DNA of 64,000 nt from Octopus sinensis (taxonomy: Eukaryota), in contig NC_043001.1 in assembly GCF_006345805.1 (NCBI RefSeq), forward strand, positions 127,658,001 through 127,722,000, written 5' to 3'. The position numbers and the translations under genes are program-made. Shown piece by piece: positions 10,855-24,449 of this stretch. Each line of letters starts with the position of its first letter. The stretch's first letter is position 1. The notes beneath the pieces were generated by a model, which was given only the letters and a program-made list of their open reading frames with translations, had not been told where the DNA came from and did no database searches.

Positions 10855-11628
10855 TACGACGAGCTTCTTCCAGTTTCTATCTACCATTTCCACTCACAAG
10901 GATTTTGTCGGCCCGGAGCAACAGAAAAGATACTTGCCCAAGAAGCCAGGCAATGTGACTGAACCCGGGACAATGCGGTTGAGAATATACATAGGTAAAT
11001 ACATACGCAAAAAGCTGAATCCGTGTAGCATTTTGCTTCTCCAAGAGAACCTGAAAGTAGCAATTTCCTTACAAAACCTCTAAATTATAGAGCTATATTA
11101 GAAAGAAATATCATCCCTTTGAGAGGTGGAAAAACTATTTGTAATATCTATGTAAAAATATGGAAAGGAAAAACGATGATGAAAAACTATGACCAAATAA
11201 TGCGAAACGTAAAATTCGCCGTAACAAAATAAAAATCAGATGTTCTTGAAAACAGCTGACACCTCTTTCATCTTCGTGGTTTCTCGGTCTAGCAGAAAAA
11301 ATGTGAACAACACGGTAATTGTGCTTCACTACAAAAGAAACGGGACAGAGAAGAATTGACAGGCATTATTAAGTAGCGCTCGTAATACAAGTCGAGGACT
11401 ATTCTTTCGGCGACAGCACTGTTTGTAATTAAGATAAGCAAATTTAGAGACCAGGGTTGTGGAGACACAACAGCAGAGTATAATAATTTCTGATGACACC
11501 AAACTTCTAAATTCGATCCACAATTCGGGCTACATTTTTAACGATATCATTTTGCTGCTCGTTGGGGGGGAAAATGCAATAGATGGGTGTGTTGCATTGC
11601 ACGCATGTGTGTATAAGTGTGTGTGTGA

Positions 11629-11663
<35 letters not shown>

Positions 11664-13565
11664 AGTGTAAAAAAATACAAACTGGGACAAGAACGTGAAA
11701 CATTTAGAAGACGATACAAAAAACACGGACGGGACATTCGAAGCCTTCAATCTTCAGTCAAGAACCGATCATCTTCGCAATTTCGGCTGATTTATATATA
11801 TATATATATATTGTATGTACGCACATACATACGTGTATCAAGGCAACAGTCATATTTTGGAGAGTTAAATTAAAACGGAACCAACAAACGAAAATAACCA
11901 ACCGAACTGAATATAGCAAAAACTTGTAAGATCCTTCGGTGATGGAAAAAAAGAGTAAAGAAAACTCATAAAAAGCAATTATGTAAAAGCTAACGACAAG
12001 TTAACTCATCTTAATTTCAATGTGTACGATACAAGAATTGACAGTCAGTTTAGCATCAGAATTTGTGTTTGAGGATGTATTATATATTTCTTTACTACCC
12101 ACAAGGGGCTAAACACAGAGGGGACAAACAAGGACAGACAAAGGGATTAAGTCGATTACATCGACCCCAGTGCGTAACTGGTACTTAATTTATCGACCCC
12201 GAAAGGATGAAAGGCAAAGTTGAGGATGTATTATAAATACGACTAAGACCCCCACTTACTTGGCCCGTGGTTTTCTTAATTTCCTTCTTTGCACCCATCT
12301 AAGTATTCTATCATCTAAGTATACTTTATCATCGGCGATATCGATGAAATTCCATCTTAAGTCCATCTCGTTTTTGAACGTTAAGAAAATCACGAAAGAA
12401 TAAAAGCCACAGCAGCAAACAAACAAAAAATCTGTCGCATTTCATTTGAATAGGATAAATAACTAAAATATTTTAAGTAGCTTATTAAGCTAACACAATA
12501 CATGACTTGGTCGAAATGACAACAATTTAATACAAAGGAATTGCACGTATGTGGCAGGGAATCACCCTTACTCAGTATTCTATGTGAATGATTGAAATAA
12601 AAGACATTAAATCGGTCGTTTATTGAAGATTTTGTGACTTTTTTTTGTAAGAATTTAAAGGGATACAGCAGTCAATCATATCACATTTGTCATAAAGCTA
12701 TAAAAATCTGGCGATATAAAACAGTCATGTCGCAAATTATCCTTGCTAAGAACACACAAGTTTCTAATGAACTCAATTATTTTCGATAATCGGTTGCGTA
12801 TAAATGTATATTTGAACTTTCCAAAAATACAGCAATCCCAATTTGGTTGCGTCCAAACTAGGAATAAAGTACCCAAGACATATCCGAAGGTGTTTAGTCA
12901 GAACTGTTAAGATTTCTTCTTCGTTGATGAATGAGAGGTTTAAAACTTTACTCAACTGATGATATTTACTGAAACAGATCACCATTAAACCGTATCTAAT
13001 TCTACTGTTTAACTTCGTTTCCTTTCTAACACAACATATATGTATATATATGTGTATATATATACATATATTGTTTATGCTTGTTCGAAACTACAGCTTT
13101 TACTTCATCACCCTCCAAGTTTCCTCCGATCGCGCTATATTTGTACACATACAAAATGAATATTACCACTTACCGGGCTAATAAGGAGAAGACACCATGC
13201 AATTTCGATTTAAGCCACATCTGTTGGTATGGACTCAGAAAAGTATTCCTACAGGTAAAGAAGCGGAGCGCCGATATCAGGCCATATCTTAACATGGATC
13301 TAACCAGCATTTCATGTGGCAGCCATCATAACAAGGTCGTGCCACTTTCTCACACTATCACCTACTTTAGCTCACTCCGCCTTCCAACATTCCCTTTCTA
13401 TTTGTCGCTCTTTTCTTACTACCTCATTGATTAGTTTCTTTCTTCGCTCTCACTCCTCTCTCCTTCACTCTCCCTTTCTCTCTTTGTCACTTTCCTCTTT
13501 CATTTTATCTACTACACTGTTTATTTCTCTATATCTCACCTCTTCTATTTCATATTATTTTACTA

Positions 13566-13621
<56 letters not shown>

Positions 13622-15149
13622 ACTTTTCGTTGTTCTTTTCCATCTTTTCTGCTCTGTTAAGTTAACTTGCTTTCTTTAAAAAAAAGAAAAAGTAAACAAA
13701 AAAAAATGATTTCTCACAAATTATTTTTGATAAATTATTATTGTGTGTGAAAACACAGAACTTCTTTGCATTTGTTGACACACTCACTCACACATACATA
13801 ATCATCATCATGATTTAACGTCTGTCTTTTAATCTGGCATGGGTTCGACGGTTTGATAGGAACTGGCAAACCAGAGAGCTGCACCGGGTTCCATTGTCTG
13901 ATTTGGCATAGTTCCTACGGCTGGATGCCCTTCCTAACGCCAACCACTTCACAGAGCATACTGGGTGCTTTTTATATGGCACCATCACTGCTGCTTTCTT
14001 ACATGGTTCCAATACCTGCAGGGTGACCAAGTAACTTGCAAAACGAAAATCTCTCAGCTGGAAGGAGTAGAACCAAAAAAAGTGGCTGTGTTCCAGGTGA
14101 GAAGGTGAAGTATCACAGAGGGATAGAGATAGATGTCTTACAACAGAGAAGGTACTTGGCTAGCCCAAAAGAAAAAGAAAGGAGAGGAGGGAGAGGTTAT
14201 GTTAGAGAGAGAAATAGATGGTACTTGAGATGCATCAGGACATACCCACAGGGAACATATATATATATATATATATATATATAGACGCCATGATAGATCG
14301 TTAGCCACTACACACATTTTTTTTTCTCTCCTTGTTTTCTGTGTCCCTTTCTGTAGAAGAGCATAGGCTTGAAATGTAAAAGACTTTTTCTATTCCTGAG
14401 TGTTATACTAATACGTCTGTTTGTTTTGTACACCACCTGTCTTCGTCTTTTGTTGTTTTTTCGTAAACTCTCCCTATATATATATATATATATATCATCT
14501 CATCATCTTCGTTTAGCGTCCGCTTTCCATGCTAGCATGGGTTGGACAGTTCAACTGGGGTCTGGGAAGCCAGAAGGATGCACTAGGCCAAGTCTGATCT
14601 GGCAATGTTTCTACGACTGGATACCCTTCCTAATGCCAACCACTCCGTGAGTGTAGTGGGTGCTTTTTACGTGCCACCAGCACGTATGTATGTATGTATA
14701 TATATATATACTACAAAATTAGAAAATGGAGAAACATACTTAAATCAATAAAACATCAACTATCAGATGATACCCAATCAATACTTTATTACACCATTAC
14801 ATATCAGTAAAGGCATATATATAATATATATATTATATATATATATATATATATGCATGTATGTATGTATGTATGTAGGTAGGTAGGTAGGTAGGTAGGG
14901 AGGTAGATATAGTTTTATATTGTCAAACATTATACTCCAGGTAATGATATAACCAGTCAGAAAGTTACTGACAGTTAACACGCTAACTATTGCACTTCAC
15001 AATAATGAAAACTCTTCAGACATCCTAGCTAGAAATGCATATTCTCTTTTATGCTGAAGGTGAATTTACAATCCTGGTTCATTCAATGGTGATAAAAAAT
15101 TAGAATGAAGGGTTAGCAGTAAATGTTCTGCAAATGCTTGATGCAACAC

Positions 15150-15470
15150 TGAGACCATAGTCTACAAAGCAAAGGTAGTGTTGTCTGACAACAGTGAAAA
15201 GACACACACTCAGAAATATGTTGGGACAATGGTAGACCCTTTTAAGGTCAGGCTAAATGATCATGGGTCCTTATTTAGAATTCAGGAGAGGTGCAATGTT
15301 ACAACATTAGCCAGCTATATAAGGCAGTTAAAAGAGGAGAGAATACTGTACAAGATCAACCAGAAACTGTTGGAACAGCCTTGGCCATACCTGAGCAGAA
15401 CTAAGCACTGCAAACTTTACTTAACTGAAAGAGGAAAAATTCTAAAAAAAAAATCATGATTCAGATGCTT
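15150..15470 (+). mobile_element. Penelope-like element fragment, GIY-YIG endonuclease region
   Basis: YVG...FKVRLNDHGSLFR...TTLASYIRQLKE...CKLYLTE resembles the PLE GIY-YIG C-terminus. Confidence 0.75.
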
Positions 15471-16267
15471 TCCTGATTTAAGAAATAAAATATTTGGTTG
15501 CTACCCTCATGATTTTAAATGGGTGGCTGGAGTACCGGAAAGAGAGGTAAATATGGTAGGGAAGAGTTGCTAGAGTCTATCTTCAAGGTGACATCTCCAA
15601 GAAGATGAATTGAAGAGAATGTGGAGACATAAAATCAGAAAGGAAACATATGTAGCCTGGATTTTACCTGTTCTACTCTCTCAATTTGGATTAATCTTTT
15701 ATTCTTTTATCTTTTACTTGTTTAAGTCATTAGACTGTGGCCATGCTGAGGTACCACCTTGAAGAGTTTTCAGTCAAACGTATTGACACCTATACTTACT
15801 TTTTTAAAAGCCTGTTACTTATTTTCACAGTCTCTTTTGCTGAACCACCAAGTTATGGGGTCATAAACACACCAGCACCAGTTGTCAAGCAGTGGTGGGA
15901 AGACAATAACAGACACATGGATATATATATATATATATATATATATGACAAGCTTCTTTTAGTTTCTGTCTACTAAATCTACTGACAAGGCTTTGGTTGG
16001 CTTGAGCCTACAGTAGAAGACACTTACCCAAGATGCCACAAAGTGGGACTGAACCCTGAATCATGTGGCTAAGAAGCAAGCTTCTTACCACACAGCCACA
16101 CTTATATATAGACATAACAAGAGGCAATAGAGATTAATAAATAGAAGCAGATATCTAGAAAGTATTAAGCAAACTTGGTTAACTATATCAAACAAACAGA
16201 TACCGATAACTTCAAGTAGAATTATCATCCAAGGTAATTCTTTATGTATGATAAAGCCAAATATGTA

Positions 16268-16570
16268 TGTATACACCAACAACAACATTGAACACCTTTT
16301 TGATCTCCATGTGTCTAACACACGTGGACATGCCTACAAAGTCAGAAAACAACACAGCTCCCATGACTTTCGGAAACATTTTTTCACGCTCAGAGTTGCT
16401 GAAGCATGGAATAAACTGCCTGCGTCAGTTGTTGACTGCCATGACACTGCATCCTTTAAGGCCCTCATGCTTTCCGAAATCCGCCGAAACTACACTTGAT
16501 TATATATACACTTCAGATGAGTTGTAGTGCACCTGAGCACTGTACACAATTATTATTATTATTATTATTA
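16268..16570 (+). mobile_element. CR1/L2-type LINE 3' end with (ATT)n tail (other copies 23489-23908, 29815-30192, 60563-61018)
   Basis: NTRGHAYKV...FRKHFFTLRVAEAWNKLPASVV is the classic CR1-clade ORF2 C-terminus. Four similar copies. Confidence 0.9.
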
Positions 16571-17369
16571 TATATATATATGTGCATACACACACGAATT
16601 AGTCTACAATAGCCAAAGTAATAAAATGTAACATTAATTTAACTCATAACTTCTTGATAAATTATCTAAAATAAATGAAAATTTATGTGTATTTAGTAGT
16701 ATACACACACACACACACTTTTAGCTAATATCATAGCTTTCACCTGATTTGTCATGGATTTGATTAAATTATCACTGACAGCCTGGTTTAGGTTAGCCAC
16801 TCTGGGGTCAGTGTTTCTTTTAGCTCAGCAACTAATGATGTAATTTTCAATTTTGCTCACAACTTTCTATAAAGATATTCCTCTCTGTCTGTCTGTCTGT
16901 ATGTATGTATATTTGTGTTTGTGTGTGTGTGTGTGTGTACATGCTTGCCTCCCAGCAATATGGTTTTGGGTTCAGTCCCAGCATGTAGTACTATGGGCAA
17001 GTGTCTTTACTACAGCTCCCCAGGCTGACCAAAGCCTTGTGAGTGGATTTGGTAGAATGAAAAGAAGCCCATTGTATAAGCATATTCTTTTTAGAAAGTC
17101 CCAAACAAGGGAGAAGCCAGTTAGTGTAAGATACTATGAAGAAGGAGAAGCTAAGACAAAAGGAGTGAATTTAGTTCAGGTCAATAGAAAGGAGAAAATA
17201 ATGAGATGGAAGAGAGTTCCAAATCAGGCAGTTCAAGGGAAAAAGCTATGACTGTAGAAAGACTTCCTTATTTGTGGAAGCACAACAGCATTTGGATAAA
17301 GACGCTGTGCGTTGGCACAAAGTGATCTGGAAATTAGTGAGAAAGTTCATCAGAGCATTTCCCATAGTA

Positions 17370-17760
17370 TGGATGGATGGAAGCACTCTGTCGGTTACGA
17401 CGACAAGGGTTCCAGTTGATCCGAATCAATGGAACAGCCTGCTCGTGAAATTAATGTGTAAGTGGCTGAGCACTCCACAGACACGTGTACCCTTAACGTA
17501 GTTCTCGGGGATATTCAGCGTGACACAGAGAGTGACAAGGCCGGCCCTTTGAAATACAGGTACAACAGAAACAGGAAGTAAGAGTGAAAGAAAGTTGTGG
17601 TGAAAGAGTACAGCAGGGATCACCACCATCCCCTGCCGGAGCCTCGTGGAGCTTTAGGTGTTTTCGCTCAATAAACACTCACAACGCCCAGTCTGGGAAT
17701 CAAAACCGCGATCCTATGACCGCAAGTCCGCTGCCCTAACCACTGGGCCATTGTGCCTCC
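17370..17760 (-). mobile_element. tRNA-derived SINE (family C), copy 1
   Basis: Near-identical to 52709-53099 and 61315-61704. Short flanking repeat CCATAGTA. Confidence 0.9.
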
Positions 17761-19647
17761 ATAGTAATAACAATAGAAAACACAGAGATTGACATCACAT
17801 CAATGTGACATAGTTGCAGAATTGAAACAAGAGAGGGAACCAATCAAATTAGAGACTTGCCTCTGAACCCAGTCTAGGAGATCCCATTGATGAGATGGGG
17901 CATCTGCCCAAAATATGACAATAGCATTCTATACCAGAACAAATAGTCAATTTATAAAGATACAAAATGGCCTCAGATGTGAGGTAGTCCTTTGACCCAT
18001 ACAATGATGCAACCTTACAGATGCAGACCTGCAAATTAACTGTATGTAATAAGCTCAAAAAAGATAGGTGGGAATGTAGGATCAAGTAATTTTAAAGAAG
18101 ACTTTTCCTCAAGTGGTTAAACTATCTCACCATGTAATACCTCAGACCTATAACTCATGCAAATGGAAGGGAGACAGGGATCCTGCTTCCTACTGAGAGA
18201 CATGAGTTGAATCTTACCAAATATATATATATATATATACATGAGTTTGGTCTTACCATATAGATATATGCAATGTATGTTTTTATATGTGTGTGTCTAT
18301 ATGTCTTTGTATGTCCCCTGCCACTGCTTGACAACTAGTGATGGTTTGTTTGCATTCCCATAATTTAGTGGATCTAGCAAAAGAGACAGATATAATAAAT
18401 ACCAAGTTACTAGGGTCAATTTGTTCCTAAACCCTTCAAGGTGGTGTCCTAGCATGCTCAAGATCCAATGACTGAAACAAATAAAAGGTAAACGATAAAG
18501 AAACATGTTCTGTTGGATTAAGATCAGGGTTTTGGACAACCAATTTCAAATATTTGATTACATGAGTTCTTTTCTAAGCTTCTGATGCTTTGTTTGCATG
18601 GTATGCAGTGCCATCTTTTTCAAAAAGCAGTGGTCTTCTTATCAATTCCTGTATTGGAATAGATGATTAGTAGACCCTTTTCTAGTATGAAAAATACAGG
18701 CCCCCTTGCATATAGCCTCATCCCTTGCAACCCCCTCCAGTTGAGCATCCCTAATCTTGCAGGCTCATAAGTGCTGGTGCCACATAAAAAGCACCCATAC
18801 TGGTGCTGTGTAAAAGCACCCAGTACACTCTGTAAAGTGGTTGGTGTTGGGAAGGGCATCCAGCCATAGAAACCATACCAAAACAGCCCTTCAGCTGGTC
18901 AGCTTCTGTCAAACCGTGCCAGCATGGAAAACAGACATTAAATGATGATGATGACGATGATGACGATGACGACGACGATGTGACAATATTTTGGACCACT
19001 CAAATGATTTTCAACAAAAATTAACTTTGATTTGTCTGTCACCCAAACTGACTCCACCCACTCACAAATACCATAATTTTTACTCCTCTATGCTCTGTTC
19101 CTTGCAAACCATCAGCCTTAGATTAGAAAATTAACTGAATTTGTTTTTTCAGACCATACTATTAACAATCAAAGTTTATCTTCCATTTTGCAAAACTCTT
19201 TGATCCAATTCAACTCTCAGGTCTTCGTGAGTTTTGAAATCATTGGTTTCTTTCTTGCAACTCTTCATTTGTATCGAAGCTATTGTCATTATTGTTCTTT
19301 GCCAATATGGTGACATATACATAGTGTTTTAACCTTTCTAATTGCCTTCTACTCTCTCAGAAACTTTCTACAGCCTCTACACACACACTCGTGTGTGTGA
19401 GAGAAAGAGAGAGAGTGTGTGTGTGTGCATGCATGTGCATGTGTGCGTATATATACATATCTGTATGTGTGTGTGTATAGGTGTATGTATGTATTTATGT
19501 ATATACATATATACAACACATTTTCAGTTTCTGTCTACCAAATCCAATCTCAAGACTTAGAAGACACTTGTCCAAGATGTTGAACGGTGGGACTGAACTC
19601 AACCCCACATGATCAGGAAGCATGCAATTTAACTACACAACCATGCC

Positions 19648-19716
<69 letters not shown>

Positions 19717-19719
19717 AAG

Positions 19720-19789
<70 letters not shown>

Positions 19790-20265
19790 CTGTGTATGCC
19801 TATGCACACACGCACTCACTCACACACACACACATCCTGGAACTCATTATTCAAACGAATCATAATTTGAAAACAAAAATCCTGTGTTCCTGATTATCTC
19901 GTGGAAACAGACACCAACTTTTATTTTGTCTTTTCTTAATTTGCTGACTGTATAAATATGGCTTTTGGCAACAGAATATAAGAATCTTGAACATAAACAT
20001 TTATTTCATAGAAAAAAAAAACTTGTATAAAAAATTTTATCATCATCATCATCATCATTTTGCATCCTCTTTCCAAGTTGGTATCAGCTGGACAAGTCAT
20101 TGTAGCTTTGAATAAGTGAGAGGACCACATCTCACTTGTAGGTTCTACTTTTGGTTTGATTTCTGTGAGTGGATACCTTCTTAACACTAACCAATTTACA
20201 TAGTGTTTTTATGAGGAATATTTCCCTGGTTTTACTAAAGATACATGTATACCATTGTATTATAA

Positions 20266-20496
20266 GGAGGCGAGCTGGCAGAAACGTTAGCACGCCAGGC
20301 GAAATGCGTAACCGTATTTCGTCTGCCGCTACATTCTGAGTTCAAATTCCGCCTAGGTCGACTTTGCCTTTCATCCTTTCAGGGTCGATTAAATAAGTAC
20401 CAGTTATGCACTGGGGTCGATATAATCGACTTAATCCCTTTGTCTGTCCTTGTTCGTCCCCTCTGTGTTTAGCCCCTTGTGGGTAGTAAAGAAATA
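20266..20496 (+). mobile_element. Abundant SINE family A. Other copies: about 9981-10215, 12090-12220, 20830-21705 cluster, 22192-22422, 22439-22660, 22786-23327, 28762-28975, 30325-30545, 59400-59830
   Basis: Many similar copies with a tRNA-like head (GAGTTCAAATTCC B box) and the central block GCCTTTCATCCTTTCGGGGTCGATAAATTAAGTACC. That block resembles, from memory, the MetaSINE-type conserved domain. Confidence 0.88.
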
Positions 20497-22861
20497 TGTA
20501 TTATATATTTTGTGTGTTCATTTGTATAAGCAACAAAAGAAACCATCTTTAAAATAACAGAGAGAGAAAGAGAGAGAGAGAGAATTGGAGTAATGTTAGA
20601 GTGTTGGGGAGAGAGTCAGACAGTTGCAGTGGCATTCCTAATAACACTAGGAGAAATGGATGGTGAACAGGAAACATCCACCACCGTCCTTAGCTACACA
20701 AGCTGCATTGTGTGGTGAGTTAAGTGATTGACAGGTGAACAAAACAACGAGTGAAATAGCAGTAAAGCAAAAGAAACTGTTAGGTGACTAAGTTGCACTC
20801 AACCGCATACATACAGTTATACATACATACCTATTTCTTTACTACCCACAAGGGACTAAACACAGAGGGGACAAGCAAGGACAGACAAGCGGATTAAGTC
20901 GATTATATCGACCCCAGTGCGTAACTGGTCCTTAATTTATCGACCCCGAAAGGATGAAAGGCAAAGTCGACCTCGACGGAAATTGAACTCAGAACGTAAC
21001 GGCAGACGAAATACCTATTTCTTTATTACCCCCAAGGGGCTAAACACAGAGGGGACAAACAAGGACAGACATAGGTATTAAGTCGATTACATCGACCCCA
21101 GTGCGTAACTGGTCCTTAATTTATCGACCCCGAAAGGCAAAGTCGACCTCGGCGGAATTTGAACTCAGAACGTAGCGGCAGACAAAATACCGCTAAGCAT
21201 TTCGCCGGCGTGCTGTCGTTTCTACTAGCTCACCGCCTTTTTCTGCCAGCTCGCCGCCCTTTATACGTACCTGTTTCTTTACTACCAACAAGGGGCTAAA
21301 CACAGAGGGGACAGACAAACGGATTAAGTCGATTACATCGAACCAGTGCATAACTGGTACTTAATTTATGAAGGCGGCGAGCTGGCAGAATCGTTAGCAC
21401 GTTAGTCGAAATGCTTAGCGGTATTTCGTCTGCCGTTACGTTGTGAGTTCAAATTCCGCCGAGGTCGACTTTGCCTTTCATCCTTTCGGGGTCGATAAAT
21501 TAAGTACCAGTTACGCACTGGGATCGATATAATCGACTTAATCCGTTCGTCTGTCCTTGTTTGTTCCCTCTGTGTTTAGCCCTTTGTGGGTAATAAAGAA
21601 ACAGGTACTTAATTTATCGACCCCGAAAGGATGAAAGGCAAAGTCGACCTTGGCGGAATTTGAACTCAGAACGTATTTCGCCCGGTGTTTCTGCCAGCTC
21701 GCCACATACCTACAGACAGACAAGACTGACTATTTTCATTTATTTAATTTTACAATTTCTGGGTTTGTGAACTCGCGAGAAATTGGAATGTCCCTATTGA
21801 GACATACAACTGTTTTGTAGCAGATAAATCAACTACATAAAAGTTTCCTTCCTGTCTTCTCTTTTAATGTATGGAACGTGTTTGCGTCGTTTTTTTTACT
21901 TAGGAGTGGCTGGTGAGTAATACACAGCGTGTATCGAGCCAACGAGGAAGCTTCTACGTGGTCGCATTTGATAATGAAGTCCTAGATGTTTCTAAAACAA
22001 CGATATCGTCATAGTTAGAACACCTTTGATCATTTACCGGCTCAATCGGGCATTGACCTGAAGCTAATCAACAAGTATTTAAACGGGTAACAATTATTTA
22101 TAACGAAAGCGAATTATGTGTCAAGGGACATAACACATTATAGGCCAGTTTATCTCCCTTACATTAAGTTAAGGTGTTGCTGGGTTGGCAAGGCGGCGAG
22201 CTGGTAGAATCGTTAGCACGCCGGGCGAAATGCGTAGCCGTATTTCGTCTGCCGTTACGTTCTGGGTTCAAATTCCGCCGAGGTCGACTTTGCCTTTCAT
22301 CCTTTCGGGGTCGATAAATTAAGTACCAGTTACGCACTGGGATCGATATAATCGACTTAATCCGTTCGTCTGTCCTTGTTTGTCCCCTCTGTGTTTAGCC
22401 CCTTGTGGGTAGTAAAGAAATATATTCCTAATTCCACTGGCGGCGAGCTGGCAGAATCGTTTGCATGCCGGGCGAAATGCGTAGCCGTATTTCGTCTGCC
22501 GTTACGTTCTAGGTTCAAATTCCGCCAAGGTCGACTTTTCCTTTCATCCTTTCGGGGTCGATAAATTAAGTACCAGTTATGCACTGGGGTCGATGTAATC
22601 CACTTAATCCGTTTGTTTGTCCCCTCTGTGTTTAGCCCCTTGTGGGTAGTAAAGAAATACTAATTCCACTCAGGCCTTGTGCCTATAGAAGAAAGGATTT
22701 TAATTTTACTGATTTTTTTTCTTCTAAGGAATACATTCTTTCAAGATAAATTTCTTCCGAGCCCTCGTCGAACTGACTAATAATCTATTTCTTTACTACC
22801 CACAAGTGTCTAAACACAGAGAGGACAAACAAGGACAGGCAAAGGGATTAAGTCGATTACA

Positions 22862-23220
22862 TCGACCCCAGTGCGTAACTGGTACTTGTTTAATCGACTC
22901 CAGTGTGTAACTGGTACTTATTTAATCGAACCAGTGTGTAACTGGTACTTATTTAATCGATCCAGTGTGTAACTGATACTTGTTTAATCGACTCCAGTGT
23001 GTAACTGGTACTTATTTAATCGACCCCAGTGTGTAACTGGTACTTATTTAATCGACCCCAGTGTGTAACTGGTACTTATTTAATCGACCCCAGTGTTTAA
23101 CTGGTACTTATTTAATCGACCCCAGTGTGTAACTGGTACTTATTTAATCGACCCCAGTGTGTAACTGGTACTTATTTAATCGACCACAGTGCTTAACTGG
23201 TACTTATTTAATCGACCCCA
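22862..23220. repeat. 31-32 bp minisatellite (11 units plus a partial) inside a family A SINE
   Basis: Unit TCGACCCCAGTGTGTAACTGGTACTTATTTAA, head-to-tail, no spacers. Confidence 0.95.
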
Positions 23221-24036
23221 AAAGTATGAAAGGCAAAGTCGACCTCGGCGGAATTTGAACTCAGAACGTAACGGCAGACGAAATACGGCTACGCATTTCG
23301 CCCGGCGTGCTAACGTTTCTGCCAGCTCGAACTGACTAATAATCAAAAGCATTCTTGATGTAATATCCCATCATATTTTCACATACACTCTATCTAAAAT
23401 TTCCCAACGTCTTTAAGATAAGGTGTGATATTGAGGGAGATTGGCTTTGAGGTTACTCCGTTGGTTTGTCTCGCATCACCGTATTCCTACGTGCAACAAA
23501 ACGCATACCCTCCATCAGAAACCTACCATATTCTGAGCGCCTTGTTTCCCTGGGCATGAATTCACTGAAGCTCCGGCGTCTGGCGACGGACTTGGTAAAC
23601 ACCCATAAAGTTATAAACCACCTCACCAACAACAACACTGAACACCTTTTTGATCTCCATGTGGACATGCCTACAAAGTCAGAAAACAACACAGCTCCCA
23701 TGACTTTCGGAAACATTTTTTCACGCTCAGAGTTGCTGAAGCATGGAATAAACTGCCTGCGTCAGTTGTTGACTGCCATGACACTGCATCCTTTAAGGCC
23801 CTCATGCTTTCCGAAATCCGCCGAAACTACACCTGATTATATATACACTTTAGATGAGTTGTAGTGCACCTGATCACTGTACACAATTATTATTATTATT
23901 ATTATTAATCGCAGAAACGTAATACTTTGTACCCACCGCTTCTCACTAACGTGCAAATCCCAAGTCTTATTTCTGTCTAAGTCACGATTTCCTTACCCTC
24001 TATACTCCATTAAACAGTTCAGTTGCACAGTGGTCT

Positions 24037-24449
24037 GATCTTTTCGGTTTGAACGGCAGTTTTTTCTCGCGGTGTCATATGAAATTGTCACCCATAATTA
24101 TAATCCTAGTATCGATCTATTGCATTTCAATCTGTTTTAGGGTTAGGGTTGGGTGGGGGGAAGGGTATCTTTTTTTCTTCAGAAATGTAAATAAACCCAA
24201 TCTGTTTCTTAAACGAGGGACATATTTATAAGGGCACATAATGTTTTCACCTCAATAGACGTCAGTGATTGGTTGAAATTGCAGAAATTGAAGAAAAACA
24301 ACATAAATATCTTACAAACTATAGAATTTTCTCAATAAAGCCAAGAGAAAAAGATGTTTTATAAACACATTCTACCAGTATACGAAGTTTAAAAGTGTTT
24401 AGTTACGTGGAAATTATTTTTAAAAACTGCCGTTCAAACCGAAAAGATC
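24037..24449. mobile_element. Unclassified TIR element (MITE-like)
   Basis: Inverted termini GATCTTTTCGGTTTGAACGGCAGTTTTT. Flanks CAGTGGTC(T) and CAGTGCTC(T) suggest an 8-9 bp TSD with one mismatch. Confidence 0.78.

Noticed and set aside
22862-23220. CRISPR-like array of 32-bp repeats
   Set aside because: Units are directly adjacent with no unique spacers, derive from the surrounding SINE, and there are no cas genes.
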